DNA of 64,000 nt from an uncultured Porphyromonadaceae bacterium (GCA_900545955.1 URAU01000012.1:6604-70603), one strand, 5' to 3'; positions 7,268-18,074 are shown, numbered from the stretch's first letter. Numbers and translations: made by a program. The notes: generated by a model not told the origin, from the letters alone.

Positions 7268-10255
7268 TCAGCGGAGGGCTACTTTTTCGGCGACGAAACC
7301 GGCGCGGCGGATGTAGATGCCGGCAGAGAGGGTGTCGGCGGCCACGCGGCGCCCCTGGAGGTCGAAGTATTCCTCGGGACCGGCGGCGGTGGCGTCGGAT
7401 GCTACGGCGCTGATGCCGCTGTTGGCGGAGAGGTCGATGGTGTAGCGGCCGCCGGGAGTGGTGGGGAACGAGATTCGGTCCTCGCCGTCGGCGGTGACGG
7501 TCACGGCGTTGCCGGAGGCATCGGTCACCTTGGCTTTGGCGATACCCTTGTAGCTTACGGAAGCGTCGCGGCCCGAACCGGATTTCACGACGGCCTCGGT
7601 GAGGCGCCCGGCGGTCCAGCGCTGGTCGACCTCGAAGTTGCCCATGGCGCGGAGGCCGTTGGCATGGCCTTCCTGCCATGCGTCGGGGAGAGCGGGGAGC
7701 AGGCGGAGCGTGCCGTCGTATCCCTGGAGGAGCATTTCAGCCACGCCGGCGGAGAAGCCGAAGTTGCCGTCGATCTGGAAGGGGGCGTGGGAGTCGAGCA
7801 GGTTGTAGTAGACACCACCCTTATCCTCCTTGATGTCGTAGCTTGTGGAATGCTTGAGGGCGTTGCGCATAATGCGCAGGGCGTGGTTGCCGTTGAAGGC
7901 ACGAGCCCAGAGGTTTATGCGCCACGCGAGCGACCATCCGGTGGATTTGTCGCCGCGCAGTGTCAGCGAATTGATTGCCGGACGGAAATAGGGGCTTTCG
8001 GGCGTAATCTTGCCGAAAGGATACATCGCCATCAGGTGCGACTGGTGACGGTGGCCGTTCTGGCCTTTGGAGTAGTCGCTGTATTTCCACTCGCGCAGAA
8101 TTTCCGTGCCGGAGGCGACACCGTTGAGGCTACCGCCCCAGGCGCCGGTATACTGCTCGACAGCAAGACCCTTATCGAGCTTCTCATATTTTGCAGCCAG
8201 CGAGGAGCGGAAATCGGCGGGATAGGCCTCGCCGGCGATGTCGAGGGCGGCGAGGGTCGACTCAAAGAGTTCGGCCACAAGCTGCTGGGCGTGGGCCGTG
8301 CCGTCCTCCCTGGAGGGGCCGTGCTCGGGCGACCACTCGTCGGGGGCCACCAGCGAGCCGTCGGAAGCCTCTTTGAGGCGCTGCATCCAGAATTTGCAGC
8401 AGCTCACCATCACGGGGAGCGCCTTCTCGCGCAGGAAATCCTCGTCGAGAGTGTAGAGATAGTGCTGCCAGAGATGGGAGGTGTACCAGGCGTTGGCTAT
8501 CACGTAGTTCTCGGCATAGTCGGAGTGGCCGAAGATATTGTTCTGCGTGAAGCAGGTCCAGCCTTCAGTCTGGCCGCCGCGACGGGCGTAGGAGGGCCAC
8601 TGCTCATGCTCCAGGGCCATGCTGTGGATATAGTTCAGGTAAGGCATGTGGAGCTCGGAGAGGTTGGTGTTCTCGGCGAGCCAGTAGTTCATCTGCACGT
8701 TGATATTTGAGTGGATGTCGCTCTGCCAGGCGGGGTTGTCGCTGTTGTTCCAGATGCCCTGAAGGTTGGCGGGTGTGTCCATACCGCGCGAGGAACTGAT
8801 GAGCAGGTAGCGGCCGTAGTTGAAGTAGAGTTCCTCGAGCAGGCGCTCCATTTCGGGAGCGTTGCCGGCGGCGTAGCTGTCGACAAGTTTCTCAGTGGTC
8901 AGATTGTTGGTGCCGTTGCCGAGCGAGAGGTCCACGCGGTCGAAGAACGAACGGAAGTCCTGAGTATGTGCAGCCACGAGGGCGTCCCACGACTGCGCGC
9001 AGGCCTGGTCGAGACGTGAGTCTACCATCGTGCGCATGGCGGCGGCGTCAGAGGTATAGGTTGGGCTGTGCTGATCGAAATTGGTTGCGCCGGCAAGAAT
9101 GATGAGCACCTCGTCGGCACCCTTGATTTCAACGCTGTTGCCGACGGTTGTCATCGTGCCGCCGGTGGGAACAGCCCTGAATGCCGCCTTGAAGTCTACG
9201 AGGTCGAGCTTTCCCTCGAAGGAAGCACCTCCATCGGCGTAAACGGGCGTCACGAAGCCCGAGCGCACATTGTTGCGCAGACGCAGGCGCACGCTTATCT
9301 TACCGCCCTTATCGGCGGCAAGGCGTACGGCTACCACCTTGGCTGGGAAACTGCTGATGTATTCGCGGGTGTAGCTGGTCTCGCCGTCGGAGTAGCTGAC
9401 GCCCGCCACGGCATTGCGCATATCGAGCCAGCGTACATAATCCTTAACGGGAGCCGAATCGAAAGCGCCCGAAATATCCTCGATGAAGAGATCGCCGAAA
9501 TTCTGATACGAGCCGCGTCGGTTGGAGGTACCTGTCCAGACAGATTTGTCGTTGAACTGCAGCTGATCGCAGTGAATGCCGCCGTAGACCATGGCACCGA
9601 ATTCGCCGTTGCCGATAGGCAGCGCGTACTCCATCCAGGGATTGGCCACCTTCGCCGCAGTGACGGGAGCCGTATACCAGAGCGTCTGACGTGTAGGAGG
9701 TGTGAAGGCGGTGACGCCCTCAACGCTGAATTCCTTGATACCGCTCATGTCGAGAGGTTCCGACACCTGGTCGGAAGGGATGAATGTCACATTGTTGTTG
9801 GAGTCGGTCGGATCGTTCCAATAGCCGTCGATCTGGCCGTTGCCGTAAGGGTTCATGCACCCCCATCCGTCGCTCGGGTCGTTGATTACCCAGCATCCCG
9901 CGAAATCGGGGTTCGGCGACTCCAGGAGCTGAAGATTATGAGCCTTCGAGAGGTCTGACGAAGCGCGGAACGGACCATCTTTATATACTGCACGGCCGTT
10001 GGCGCTCACAAGCTTAAAGCTGTTCGGGTCGCCCACAAGCTTCCACTTCTGGTTGTTGCTGCCGTAGGCGATGGAAGTGTGGGTAAGAGCATTCCCCTCG
10101 CCGTTTTCAGTGAAAACGCGCGACACATTTTCGTAATAGATATAATACCAATGCTCCTCGCTGTCGCTACTGAAGAGCGGTTTCGATGTCTCCCCTTTAG
10201 CCGGAAGAGCCATCAGGGCAAGAACAAGAATCAGAAATAACTTCGATATTTTCAT
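7268..10255 (-). CDS. GH95 family alpha-L-fucosidase with an N-terminal accessory (beta-trefoil-like) domain and a T9SS-like C-terminal tail
   Basis: ALPIGNGEFGAMVYGG, FNYGRYLLISSSR, PANLQGIWN, NINVQMNYW, WSPEHGP, HRHQSHL and PFQIDGNFG motifs; signal peptide; tail SGISAV...EYFDLQGRRV...GIYIRRAG..AEKV. Confidence 0.92.
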   Translation of the reverse strand: MKISKLFLILVLALMALPAKGETSKPLFSSDSEEHWYYIYYENVSRVFTENGEGNALTHTSIAYGSNNQKWKLVGDPNSFKLVSANGRAVYKDGPFRASSDLSKAHNLQLLESPNPDFAGCWVINDPSDGWGCMNPYGNGQIDGYWNDPTDSNNNVTFIPSDQVSEPLDMSGIKEFSVEGVTAFTPPTRQTLWYTAPVTAAKVANPWMEYALPIGNGEFGAMVYGGIHCDQLQFNDKSVWTGTSNRRGSYQNFGDLFIEDISGAFDSAPVKDYVRWLDMRNAVAGVSYSDGETSYTREYISSFPAKVVAVRLAADKGGKISVRLRLRNNVRSGFVTPVYADGGASFEGKLDLVDFKAAFRAVPTGGTMTTVGNSVEIKGADEVLIILAGATNFDQHSPTYTSDAAAMRTMVDSRLDQACAQSWDALVAAHTQDFRSFFDRVDLSLGNGTNNLTTEKLVDSYAAGNAPEMERLLEELYFNYGRYLLISSSRGMDTPANLQGIWNNSDNPAWQSDIHSNINVQMNYWLAENTNLSELHMPYLNYIHSMALEHEQWPSYARRGGQTEGWTCFTQNNIFGHSDYAENYVIANAWYTSHLWQHYLYTLDEDFLREKALPVMVSCCKFWMQRLKEASDGSLVAPDEWSPEHGPSREDGTAHAQQLVAELFESTLAALDIAGEAYPADFRSSLAAKYEKLDKGLAVEQYTGAWGGSLNGVASGTEILREWKYSDYSKGQNGHRHQSHLMAMYPFGKITPESPYFRPAINSLTLRGDKSTGWSLAWRINLWARAFNGNHALRIMRNALKHSTSYDIKEDKGGVYYNLLDSHAPFQIDGNFGFSAGVAEMLLQGYDGTLRLLPALPDAWQEGHANGLRAMGNFEVDQRWTAGRLTEAVVKSGSGRDASVSYKGIAKAKVTDASGNAVTVTADGEDRISFPTTPGGRYTIDLSANSGISAVASDATAAGPEEYFDLQGRRVAADTLSAGIYIRRAGFVAEKVALR

Positions 10256-10441
10256 GGTTTAATAAATTTTCATCGCAAATTTATCTGCAGGATTGACACT
10301 CAGGCGGTAAAATAATGGTCTGAATGGGTGAAAAATTGTTCATCGCAAGGATATTCACGAAGAATGAACTATTTTTAATGGTTGTTGGATTGATTTGACG
10401 GTTATTCGTATCTTTGTACGAACACAATCCTGTCGTCGCTC

Positions 10442-13072
10442 ATGAGGTCTGTATTTTTGCTCATATTTCTGTTTACGGTTGCGTTCTGTGGCATGGCGGA
10501 GAGCCGCGTCACCGACCGGCTGGGTATTCGCGACGGACTTTCCAACAACTTCGTGACGGACATAGCCCAGGATGGCTACGGCTTTCTCTGGATTGCAACC
10601 GACAATGGACTGAACCGCTTCGACGGCGAGCGTTTTATAGTCTTCGACGAGAAAGACAAATCCCTCAAGGGTAACTCCATCGATGCAATCTATTACGATG
10701 ATGTGGCCGGATACATCTGGGTCGGCACGAAAAAAGGTGTTAACATAATCGACTGCCGCACGCTTCGCAACGTAGACCTCCAGATACCGGCGGAGATAGC
10801 CGGCTATGGTGTGGCAGACTTCACCCCTGACAGCGACGGGGGAATCTATCTCCTTGGCAAATACGGATTCATAGCTCACTTCGACCGCAAACAGGCGTGC
10901 TGGCACATATTCCGGGAGACTGACTTCAAGGGGCTGGTCATGTCGATGTTCAGCGCCGCCACAACTCCCGACGGCCTGCTGGCCGCAGGCCAGGAAAACT
11001 ATGGGCTGAGCCTCATCGACATTAAAAAGCAGACATTCGAAAATCATATGCACAACCCCGGGCAAACCGGCTCACTCCCCGGCAACAACGTCAGGAGCCT
11101 GCTCGTAAGCCGCGACGGAAATCTGTATGTCGGCACGGAGCATGGGGCTGCCCGCTTCGACAGCACCAGCCGCACGTTTGCACCTGTGGAACTAAGCGAC
11201 GTCCGGGGCCGGAGCACCGGCAACGGCAACATCACTTCGCTGACAGAACTCGCCGACGGAACGATACTCGCCTCTACCAGCGAGGTGGTGTTTCAGGATT
11301 CTTTCGGCAACATATGGATCGGAACCGACGGTAAAGGACTGGAATTCATACCCTCCACTCCTCCCCTGCTTGAAAAAACAAGCACGAGCCCGGGATATGT
11401 CGGATCCGGCTTTGTGGATAAGACCGGTATCCCCGCCGCAATCCTCCCAATGGTCCGCAACAAGACGGCGCGTATTGCCTCCATGGCGAGGATAGGAAGC
11501 GAATTACTTGTAAGCGTGGCGGACGACGGGATATTTTCCATCGACGAAAAGACCGGTACGGCGTCAAGGATTCCCACCCCTTATGAAAAGGATTTTGCCA
11601 ACACCATCATCACCTCAGGCGACACCGTCGCCCTGCTTGGCACCCAGCGCGGGCTCTACGAATACCGCAACAGCATGTTGCACCGCAACGAAAAAATCTC
11701 GGCGGCAACGGGGTATCTCGTGCCCAACGGAATACTGACCGCCCCTGACGGCCACCTTTGGGTCGGCACGTACGGCAACGGCATATTCATTTTCGACAAA
11801 AACGACCGACAGCTCGCACATCTCACCACCGACACAGGTCTGGCCTCAAATGCCGTGAAGCAGCTGCTGCTGGATTCTCACAACCGGGTGTGGGTGGCCG
11901 CCCAGGATGGTCTTTCCGTAATCAGCGACTTCAGGCGTCACGGCGGCATCAGGAATTTCAATTACGACAACGGCCTACCCGACATCTCCATCCGTTCTCT
12001 CGTGGAAGACGCCGAGGGAAATATCTGGCTGGCAAGCAACAATCTTCTCTGCCGCTACAATGCTTCAGGCGACAGCATTGAATCGTTCGGCGGCCGGCTC
12101 AAACTTACCGAAAGCTCCTTCCTCGACCGCCAGGCCGCCCGAAGCGACGACGGCACCATCTATTTAGGTACTCTGGACGGCATATACGCATTCCACCCCG
12201 GGAACATCGACCGACGGAAGAAACACCCTGAGCTGAGGATTGTGGGATACGTGATTCCCGGAAGCGGGAAAGGTGAAGAAAACTCCGAAATAACACGCTA
12301 CAATCCAGGGGCCACCATTGATATCCCCTACGGATGCCGCATGGTTAAAATTCTCTTCGCAGTTCCCGACTTTTCCATGCGTGGCAAAACCACCTATTAC
12401 TACCGCCTTGATGGAGAGTCCGACCGCTGGATGCCGCTGCCGGAGTCGCACGAACTGATGCTTGCCAACCTTTCCCCCGGCACCCATATGCTCGCAGTGC
12501 GCCCGGGACTCCCGGACAGCATATCGGGCGACCTGTCAGGCGAGCTGAAACTTGAGATTTCGGTGAAACGGCCATGGTGGCTCATGTGGTGGGCCATAGC
12601 AGTCTATATTCTGCTCGGTGGCGCCATTGTGTGTCTGGTTCTTCGTTTTGGCCTCAACAGACGAAAAGAGGCCCCCTCCACCGGGACCACGGCAGAAACC
12701 GTTAATGCCGGAAATGATACGACAGCCACGGCACCCGACTTGAGCCAGGTCGACCGGGAATTTCTCGACCATTTCACCTCGCTTGTAGAGCAGAACATGG
12801 GGCGCGCGGATCTCGATATGGAATTCCTGCAGGCCGAGCTCGGCATGAGCCATTCCACACTCTACCGCCGTCTGAAAGCCCTCACCGGTATGTCGGGCAA
12901 CGAATTTATCAGGAAATGTCGCCTCCGAAAAGGCCACGAAATGCTTTGCCAGGGTTTCAGCGTCTCTGAGACGGCCTACGCGTGCGGCTTCAGCGACCCC
13001 GGCTATTTCCGCACATGCTTCAAGAGCGAATACGGCGTCGCCCCCTCCGAGCTGAAGAAAACATCCCGATAA
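10442..13072 (+). CDS. Membrane-spanning AraC-family sensor/regulator (HTCS-like propeller + Y_Y_Y + TM + AraC HTH, no kinase or receiver)
   Basis: Reg_prop repeats (DGLSNNFVTDIAQDGYGFLWIATDNGLNRFDG), YYYRLDG, RPWWLMWWA TM, then LGMSHSTLYRRLK...SETAYACGFSDPGYF. Confidence 0.88.
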   Translation: MRSVFLLIFLFTVAFCGMAESRVTDRLGIRDGLSNNFVTDIAQDGYGFLWIATDNGLNRFDGERFIVFDEKDKSLKGNSIDAIYYDDVAGYIWVGTKKGVNIIDCRTLRNVDLQIPAEIAGYGVADFTPDSDGGIYLLGKYGFIAHFDRKQACWHIFRETDFKGLVMSMFSAATTPDGLLAAGQENYGLSLIDIKKQTFENHMHNPGQTGSLPGNNVRSLLVSRDGNLYVGTEHGAARFDSTSRTFAPVELSDVRGRSTGNGNITSLTELADGTILASTSEVVFQDSFGNIWIGTDGKGLEFIPSTPPLLEKTSTSPGYVGSGFVDKTGIPAAILPMVRNKTARIASMARIGSELLVSVADDGIFSIDEKTGTASRIPTPYEKDFANTIITSGDTVALLGTQRGLYEYRNSMLHRNEKISAATGYLVPNGILTAPDGHLWVGTYGNGIFIFDKNDRQLAHLTTDTGLASNAVKQLLLDSHNRVWVAAQDGLSVISDFRRHGGIRNFNYDNGLPDISIRSLVEDAEGNIWLASNNLLCRYNASGDSIESFGGRLKLTESSFLDRQAARSDDGTIYLGTLDGIYAFHPGNIDRRKKHPELRIVGYVIPGSGKGEENSEITRYNPGATIDIPYGCRMVKILFAVPDFSMRGKTTYYYRLDGESDRWMPLPESHELMLANLSPGTHMLAVRPGLPDSISGDLSGELKLEISVKRPWWLMWWAIAVYILLGGAIVCLVLRFGLNRRKEAPSTGTTAETVNAGNDTTATAPDLSQVDREFLDHFTSLVEQNMGRADLDMEFLQAELGMSHSTLYRRLKALTGMSGNEFIRKCRLRKGHEMLCQGFSVSETAYACGFSDPGYFRTCFKSEYGVAPSELKKTSR

Positions 13073-13113
13073 CAACTATAGCAGGCTAACAAACGTCATT
13101 CACCATTTCCAAT

Positions 13114-14211
13114 ATGAGCAAACTGATTAAGACCGATGCCGAATACTCCCGCTGGATACAGGAGTTAAAAGAGCGATACCGACACAGCAAGATTAAGGCT
13201 GCGACGCAAGTAAACCGTGAGATGCTACGCTTCTACTGGTCTCTCGGTCGAGACATCGTGGCCCGTGATGCCGAGAATGTATATGGAAGTGGATTTTATC
13301 GGAATCTCAGTCAGGATTTGAAGGTGGCCATACCGGAAGCCGAGGGCTTTTCCCGGCAGAGCCTGCAATACATGAAGAAGATGTATCTTCTTTATAATGA
13401 AGCCTCTGTAAATCGCCCACAAGTTGTTGGCAATTCTGAAATTGAGAAATGCCAACAAGCTGTTGGCACTTCTCAGGGTATCGATGATGATATTATCTTT
13501 TCTGTGCCGTGGGGTCATCACTGTACTCTGATAGATAAATATTTCGAAGCTGGAGAAAGAGAAACCGCTCTCTTTTATGCTCACAAAGTTGTCGAAGAAG
13601 GGTGGTCAAGAAATGTTCTGAAATCATTTATTGACTCCAACCTACATCTGCGTCAAGGCAAAGCACTGACAAGTTTCTCTCGTTTATTGCCCGCTCCGGA
13701 CAGCGACCTCGCCCAGGAACTGACAAAAGACCCGTATATCTTCGACTTCACCGAAATGACCGAGCCATACAAAGAGCGAGAACTAAAGCATGCTTTGATG
13801 GCGAATATCTCTCGCTTCCTTCTTGAACTCGGTTCCGGATTTGCTTACGTCGGTGAAGAATACCGCCTTAAGGTAGGACACACGGAGCAATTCATTGATT
13901 TGTTGTTCTATAACATAAAATTGCATGCCTATTGTGTTATTGAGGTGAAGACCGGCACATTCGGAGCCGGAGATATAGGACAACTCGGAACATACATGAC
14001 GGCAGTAAATCATATACTGAAAACCGAGCAGGACAACCCTACTATCGGCTTGTTGATATATAAGGATAAGGATAACGTGCTTGCCCAATATGCCCTCGAA
14101 TCGTCGTCACAACCAATTGGTGTGGCGGAATTCCAGCTCACCAAATTCATTCCCGACGAATTCAAAAGTTCTCTGCCGTCAATAGAGGACATTGAATTGG
14201 AGCTGAAATAA
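13114..14211 (+). CDS. DUF1016 / YhcG-like PD-(D/E)XK nuclease domain protein
   Basis: FYWSLGRDI, WSRNVL, KDPYIFDF, FLLELGSGFAYVG, IDLLFYN, VIEVK and DNPTIGLL motifs. Confidence 0.92.
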   Translation: MSKLIKTDAEYSRWIQELKERYRHSKIKAATQVNREMLRFYWSLGRDIVARDAENVYGSGFYRNLSQDLKVAIPEAEGFSRQSLQYMKKMYLLYNEASVNRPQVVGNSEIEKCQQAVGTSQGIDDDIIFSVPWGHHCTLIDKYFEAGERETALFYAHKVVEEGWSRNVLKSFIDSNLHLRQGKALTSFSRLLPAPDSDLAQELTKDPYIFDFTEMTEPYKERELKHALMANISRFLLELGSGFAYVGEEYRLKVGHTEQFIDLLFYNIKLHAYCVIEVKTGTFGAGDIGQLGTYMTAVNHILKTEQDNPTIGLLIYKDKDNVLAQYALESSSQPIGVAEFQLTKFIPDEFKSSLPSIEDIELELK

Positions 14212-14361
14212 AAGGGCTTTCTCTGTATTTTGTAATAAAAGATACGGGGTCTTGACGCTTGTGAGCAATGGCTCAGGGGGGCGCACCCCTCTGGAGGGTG
14301 CGTTTTAGGCAGTTTCGGTTTCCAGCCGTCATGCAGTTGGTCTACCACCGGGAGAGGGCAA

Positions 14362-14392
14362 AAGCGGCCGGGGCGAGGCGCCTCGGCCGCTT
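14362..14392 (-). terminator. Hairpin/terminator at the end of the ribose-type operon
   Basis: AAGCGGCCGGGGCG-AGG-CGCCTCGGCCGCTT, followed by TTTT on the minus strand; lies between convergent genes. Confidence 0.55.
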
Positions 14393-14475
14393 CCATCGTA
14401 CCTAAAACAAATTACACTCAGTAGTGTGGGCGCCCGCGCCGGCAGGCTATAGCCTCCGGCGCAAGCGGTCTGGAA

Positions 14476-15483
14476 TCATTCGGCTATATATGTATAGAAG
14501 TATTTTTCCTCGTCGGATCCGTAAAGTTTATGCTCCACGCTTACGCAACCGTTGGAATCGAACTCGAAGGTAAACGACGATCCGGTCGACGAATAATCCC
14601 ACTGGTTGGAAGTATGGAGATTGGTGCATGCCTTGCCGAAAAGTCCGGTCTCCACCAGCCAGCGGCTGGCTCCGATTCCCTCGGCGGCGATTGCATGCAC
14701 GCCGCCAACGTTGAGGTTGCTGTCGTAGGTATGGATTTTCCAGACTTCGTTGCCGTCCTGGAATTTGCTCCACTGCATTATATTCCCGTTCTCAATCTGA
14801 ACGTTGCAGACCACATTACCATCCTTGTAGACCTGAATCAGGTATCCGTCGGCATCGTAGATGTAGTCGTAGGTCTTGGAGCCGTCGACGAGCGTTGCGA
14901 CGTAACCCTTGTCGTTGAGGGTTATGGTATACTCGTTCTTGCCGGTTACCTGGAGGTTGGTTCCGCTATAGGCAAAATTCCATTCGCGGTCGAGGGCGCC
15001 TTCGGCTGTACCGTCGACAGTGCGGTATATGCGTTTCACGGTCCAGTCGGGATTATACTCGTAGAACCAGCGGTCCCAGTCGTCGGCGAACGTAGCAACA
15101 TGGTAGACGGCACGCGCCTGCACCTTTTCGAGGGTGGTGAACTTTATGGTCGTATACTCCGAATCCTCGAAATACTCTGAATAATCGCGACGAGCCTTCA
15201 CCTTGAATGTATAGGTGGTCTCGGGAGTGAGCCCTTCGAGAGTGACGGTCGGCTCATAGGTCATCATTTCAGGACCGTTGTTCACAGTGTATACATACAT
15301 GTTGGCGTTGGCGCATTTCTTCCAGGAGAGCGTCGCCGAGTTCGAAGTGAGCTGCGGAGCCTGCATCATCGGGGTCTCAAGCACGTTTTTGTCGGGATGG
15401 TCGGGATCGTCGCTGCAAGATGTGGCCGTAAAACCAAAAGCCACTGCGGCGGCCATGGCCAGCCAGAGAGCAGATTTTTTCAT
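14476..15483 (-). CDS. Surface lipoprotein with a fibronectin type III domain and YD-like beta-strand repeats; last gene of the locus
   Basis: Lipobox ATSC-SDD; TSNSATLSW...GLTPETTYTFKVKA (FN3); YIYDADGYL and FEFDSNG repeats. Confidence 0.75.
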   Translation of the reverse strand: MKKSALWLAMAAAVAFGFTATSCSDDPDHPDKNVLETPMMQAPQLTSNSATLSWKKCANANMYVYTVNNGPEMMTYEPTVTLEGLTPETTYTFKVKARRDYSEYFEDSEYTTIKFTTLEKVQARAVYHVATFADDWDRWFYEYNPDWTVKRIYRTVDGTAEGALDREWNFAYSGTNLQVTGKNEYTITLNDKGYVATLVDGSKTYDYIYDADGYLIQVYKDGNVVCNVQIENGNIMQWSKFQDGNEVWKIHTYDSNLNVGGVHAIAAEGIGASRWLVETGLFGKACTNLHTSNQWDYSSTGSSFTFEFDSNGCVSVEHKLYGSDEEKYFYTYIAE

Positions 15484-15532
15484 AATGTTATTCAGGTTAT
15501 AAGATTAAAGTAAGTTGATTATTTGCAATTAT

Positions 15533-16546
15533 TCAGTTACCGGCCCATACTATCATTGCCAGACCGGCGAGGAAGAGTACGAACATGGCAGCGAGCAGTT
15601 TGCTGACTACCGCTGGTGCTCCTTTGAATTCTTTCCAGATGAACACGCCCCAGATAGCGGCGATCATCGGTGCTCCCTGACCGAGGGCATAGCTTACGGC
15701 CGGACCGGCTTCGCCGGAGGCGATGTAGCTGAAGGCTGTTCCCAGCCCCCAGATGGCGCCCCCGAGCATGCCGCAGAGGTGGGTGGAAACCGAACCCTTG
15801 AAATATGCTCCGTAGCCCACGGGCTGCCCCGTGAAGGGGAAACGCATGGCAAGCGTATTGAACACGAAGTTGCTAAGCAGCACACCGATGGAGAAAATGA
15901 AGATGGCGCCGTAGGGGGTAAGCATACCGGGCTGAGGATTAGCGAAATCAGTCACGTCCATACCCATCACCACAAAGCGGTAGAAGAGCGACATGAGCAC
16001 ACCGGCGATGAGGGCAATGATGATGCCTTTGCGGCGAACGCTCTGCGAGTCGCCCTCGCCCGAACGCGGCATCTTTCCTGAAGCCACGCCGTTGCAGATT
16101 ATGGCGATAACCACCAATGCCACTCCGCCGAACAGCAGATAGGGATTGCCTGCGGGCACTCCGATATAGTTCACTATCACGCCGAGCACAAGGGCCAGAC
16201 CCACACCGAGCGGGAAGGCCACCGCCATGCCGGCCAGCGAGATGGAAGCAGAAAGCAGGATGTTGGATGCATTGAAAATCACACCACCGAGAATCACCCA
16301 GCCGATGGCCGAGCCGGATGCCTGGGCGAGATCCTCGCAGAAGGGGCGTCCCTCGGCGCCATGGCTTCCCATGGTCAGGCCGAGAAGCACGGTGAAGAGC
16401 ACCATGCCTATCACATAATCCCAATAGAAGAGTTCGTAGCGCCAGTTTTTCGATACCAGCTTCTGGGTGTTGCCCCATGAGCCCCAGCAGATCATGGTGA
16501 CGATGCAGAACACCACGGCCAGAGCATAATTGGTTACTGTAAACAT
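15533..16546 (-). CDS. GRP/DMT-family inner-membrane sugar permease (RusT/RbsU-like)
   Basis: ~10 TM segments; MICWGSWGNTQK, WRYELFYWDY and SYALGQGAPMIAAIWGVFIWKEF motifs; in an operon with ribokinase. Confidence 0.85.
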   Translation of the reverse strand: MFTVTNYALAVVFCIVTMICWGSWGNTQKLVSKNWRYELFYWDYVIGMVLFTVLLGLTMGSHGAEGRPFCEDLAQASGSAIGWVILGGVIFNASNILLSASISLAGMAVAFPLGVGLALVLGVIVNYIGVPAGNPYLLFGGVALVVIAIICNGVASGKMPRSGEGDSQSVRRKGIIIALIAGVLMSLFYRFVVMGMDVTDFANPQPGMLTPYGAIFIFSIGVLLSNFVFNTLAMRFPFTGQPVGYGAYFKGSVSTHLCGMLGGAIWGLGTAFSYIASGEAGPAVSYALGQGAPMIAAIWGVFIWKEFKGAPAVVSKLLAAMFVLFLAGLAMIVWAGN

Positions 16547-16583
16547 AGAAGTATTAAAGATTTAAGATTTGATAATTCATTTT

Positions 16584-18071
16584 TCAGATATGGAACCGCG
16601 AGTCGATATATTTCAGCCACTCCTCCCATTGCGGAAGCAAAGCGCCGGGAGTCGTGTCGGCTACACGGTAACGGTGGGAAAGATCCATCTCGCGCAGAAG
16701 CACATGGAGGTCGGAGGCGAAGGCGTATCCGGGATTCGCGGGCGTCTGCGAAAGCCATAGGCGCGGATAGCGGCCATGCTGTTTGAGCCGCCGGGCGAAC
16801 TCACCGGCATCCACGGCGCCGGCTTGAGGCTCACACAATACAATTGCCGTATAGGTAGGTTCAGTAGCTATATCTGACGCTGCCCGGGAGCAATCGGTAC
16901 CTACCTCGACGAGAGCGCGCATGCGGCGCGAGGCGCGAAGCGCCGGAGAGGCCTTCTCTATCATGCCTGTGGAGTCGTTTTCTCCAAGAAAGCATATCGC
17001 CATGGGGCGTATGGCACCTTCAGCTGTAAGAACAGTCGCACGGCGAGCCAAAGCTTCCCGCTCTGAATCTTTTAGCGCACCGCGCACGTAGACAACCGGA
17101 TAACGACGGTCGGACCCGGCTGCCGCCTTCGGCAAATATAGCACCGAGTTCTGCATATGGATTGGAGAGGTTATTTCGGGCTTCACTTCGGAAAGCCCCA
17201 TGCCCGGATACAACTCCCTGAGAGCCTGAAGCAACGCCGGATTCCAGCAATCGAAGTCGTGGCCGCCTCCGCGCACACGGTATGTGTGGGCGATACCCCG
17301 CTCCGCCATGCGGCGGTGAATCTGCTCGGCCGATTCGGCGAGCGAATTCTCGCGGTCGCCGATATCAATAATGAGGTTCATGCCGGCGAGTTCGGAAGGA
17401 GCTATCGTATCGATGATATGATATGGGGAACGCGCACGGTAATAGGGAGTAATTCGGTCGGTGCCCTTGCGGCCGATGCCGTCGAAGGTGCGTCCCCACT
17501 GCTTCTCCCACTCTTCCTGAGGGCCTTCGAAAGCATAGACGCTGTCGGTGCGCATCGAAGGAGAGAGGGCGATTATCGAGCCGAAGCAGTCGCGGTTGCG
17601 CAGGCCGAGCGTAAGCGCCCCGAAGCCACCCATCGAGAAGCCTCCGATCAGGCGATCCTTGAGATCGATGCTCACGGGATATTTCCGCTCGATTTCAGGC
17701 ATCAGCTCCTCGAGAAACATCCGCTCGTAGGGCATCGAGCCGTCGGCGGCGTCGGAATAGTAACTGAGATACCCGTCGGGCATCACGACCACCATCGGGC
17801 CGACCTCGCCGCGCTGTATCATCGAGGCCACGTCGGTATATTCGAGCCACGAACTGCAGTCGCCTCCGATTCCATGCAGCAGGTAAAGCACCGGAAAGCG
17901 CTCGCCCTCCGCGCCCTGCGGCACGATGACCGAGTAGCGCACGTCGCGCCCCAGAAGGTCGCTGCGCAGCGTCAGCCCCTCGGTCTCTACAGGTCGTGGC
18001 ACAGCGGCCATGGCGGCGAGAGCGGAAGCCAGAGCAAGCAGAAGAAGTGCTATGTGGCGTAATATCTTCAT
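16584..18071 (-). CDS. Exported alpha/beta-hydrolase esterase (CE1-like) with a degenerate second domain
   Basis: Signal peptide ending AMA; FPVLYLLHG, GFSMGG nucleophile elbow, DIGDRE and GGHDF. Confidence 0.85.
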   Translation of the reverse strand: MKILRHIALLLLALASALAAMAAVPRPVETEGLTLRSDLLGRDVRYSVIVPQGAEGERFPVLYLLHGIGGDCSSWLEYTDVASMIQRGEVGPMVVVMPDGYLSYYSDAADGSMPYERMFLEELMPEIERKYPVSIDLKDRLIGGFSMGGFGALTLGLRNRDCFGSIIALSPSMRTDSVYAFEGPQEEWEKQWGRTFDGIGRKGTDRITPYYRARSPYHIIDTIAPSELAGMNLIIDIGDRENSLAESAEQIHRRMAERGIAHTYRVRGGGHDFDCWNPALLQALRELYPGMGLSEVKPEITSPIHMQNSVLYLPKAAAGSDRRYPVVYVRGALKDSEREALARRATVLTAEGAIRPMAICFLGENDSTGMIEKASPALRASRRMRALVEVGTDCSRAASDIATEPTYTAIVLCEPQAGAVDAGEFARRLKQHGRYPRLWLSQTPANPGYAFASDLHVLLREMDLSHRYRVADTTPGALLPQWEEWLKYIDSRFHI

Positions 18072-18074
18072 ATC

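Noticed and set aside
7154..9958. Long + strand ORFs (518, 296 aa) opposite GH95
   Set aside because: Antisense shadows of a clear GH95 gene.
13114..14211. DUF1016 gene as marker of an integrated mobile element
   Set aside because: No integrase, att sites or other mobile genes adjacent; solitary DUF1016 genes are common in Bacteroidales.
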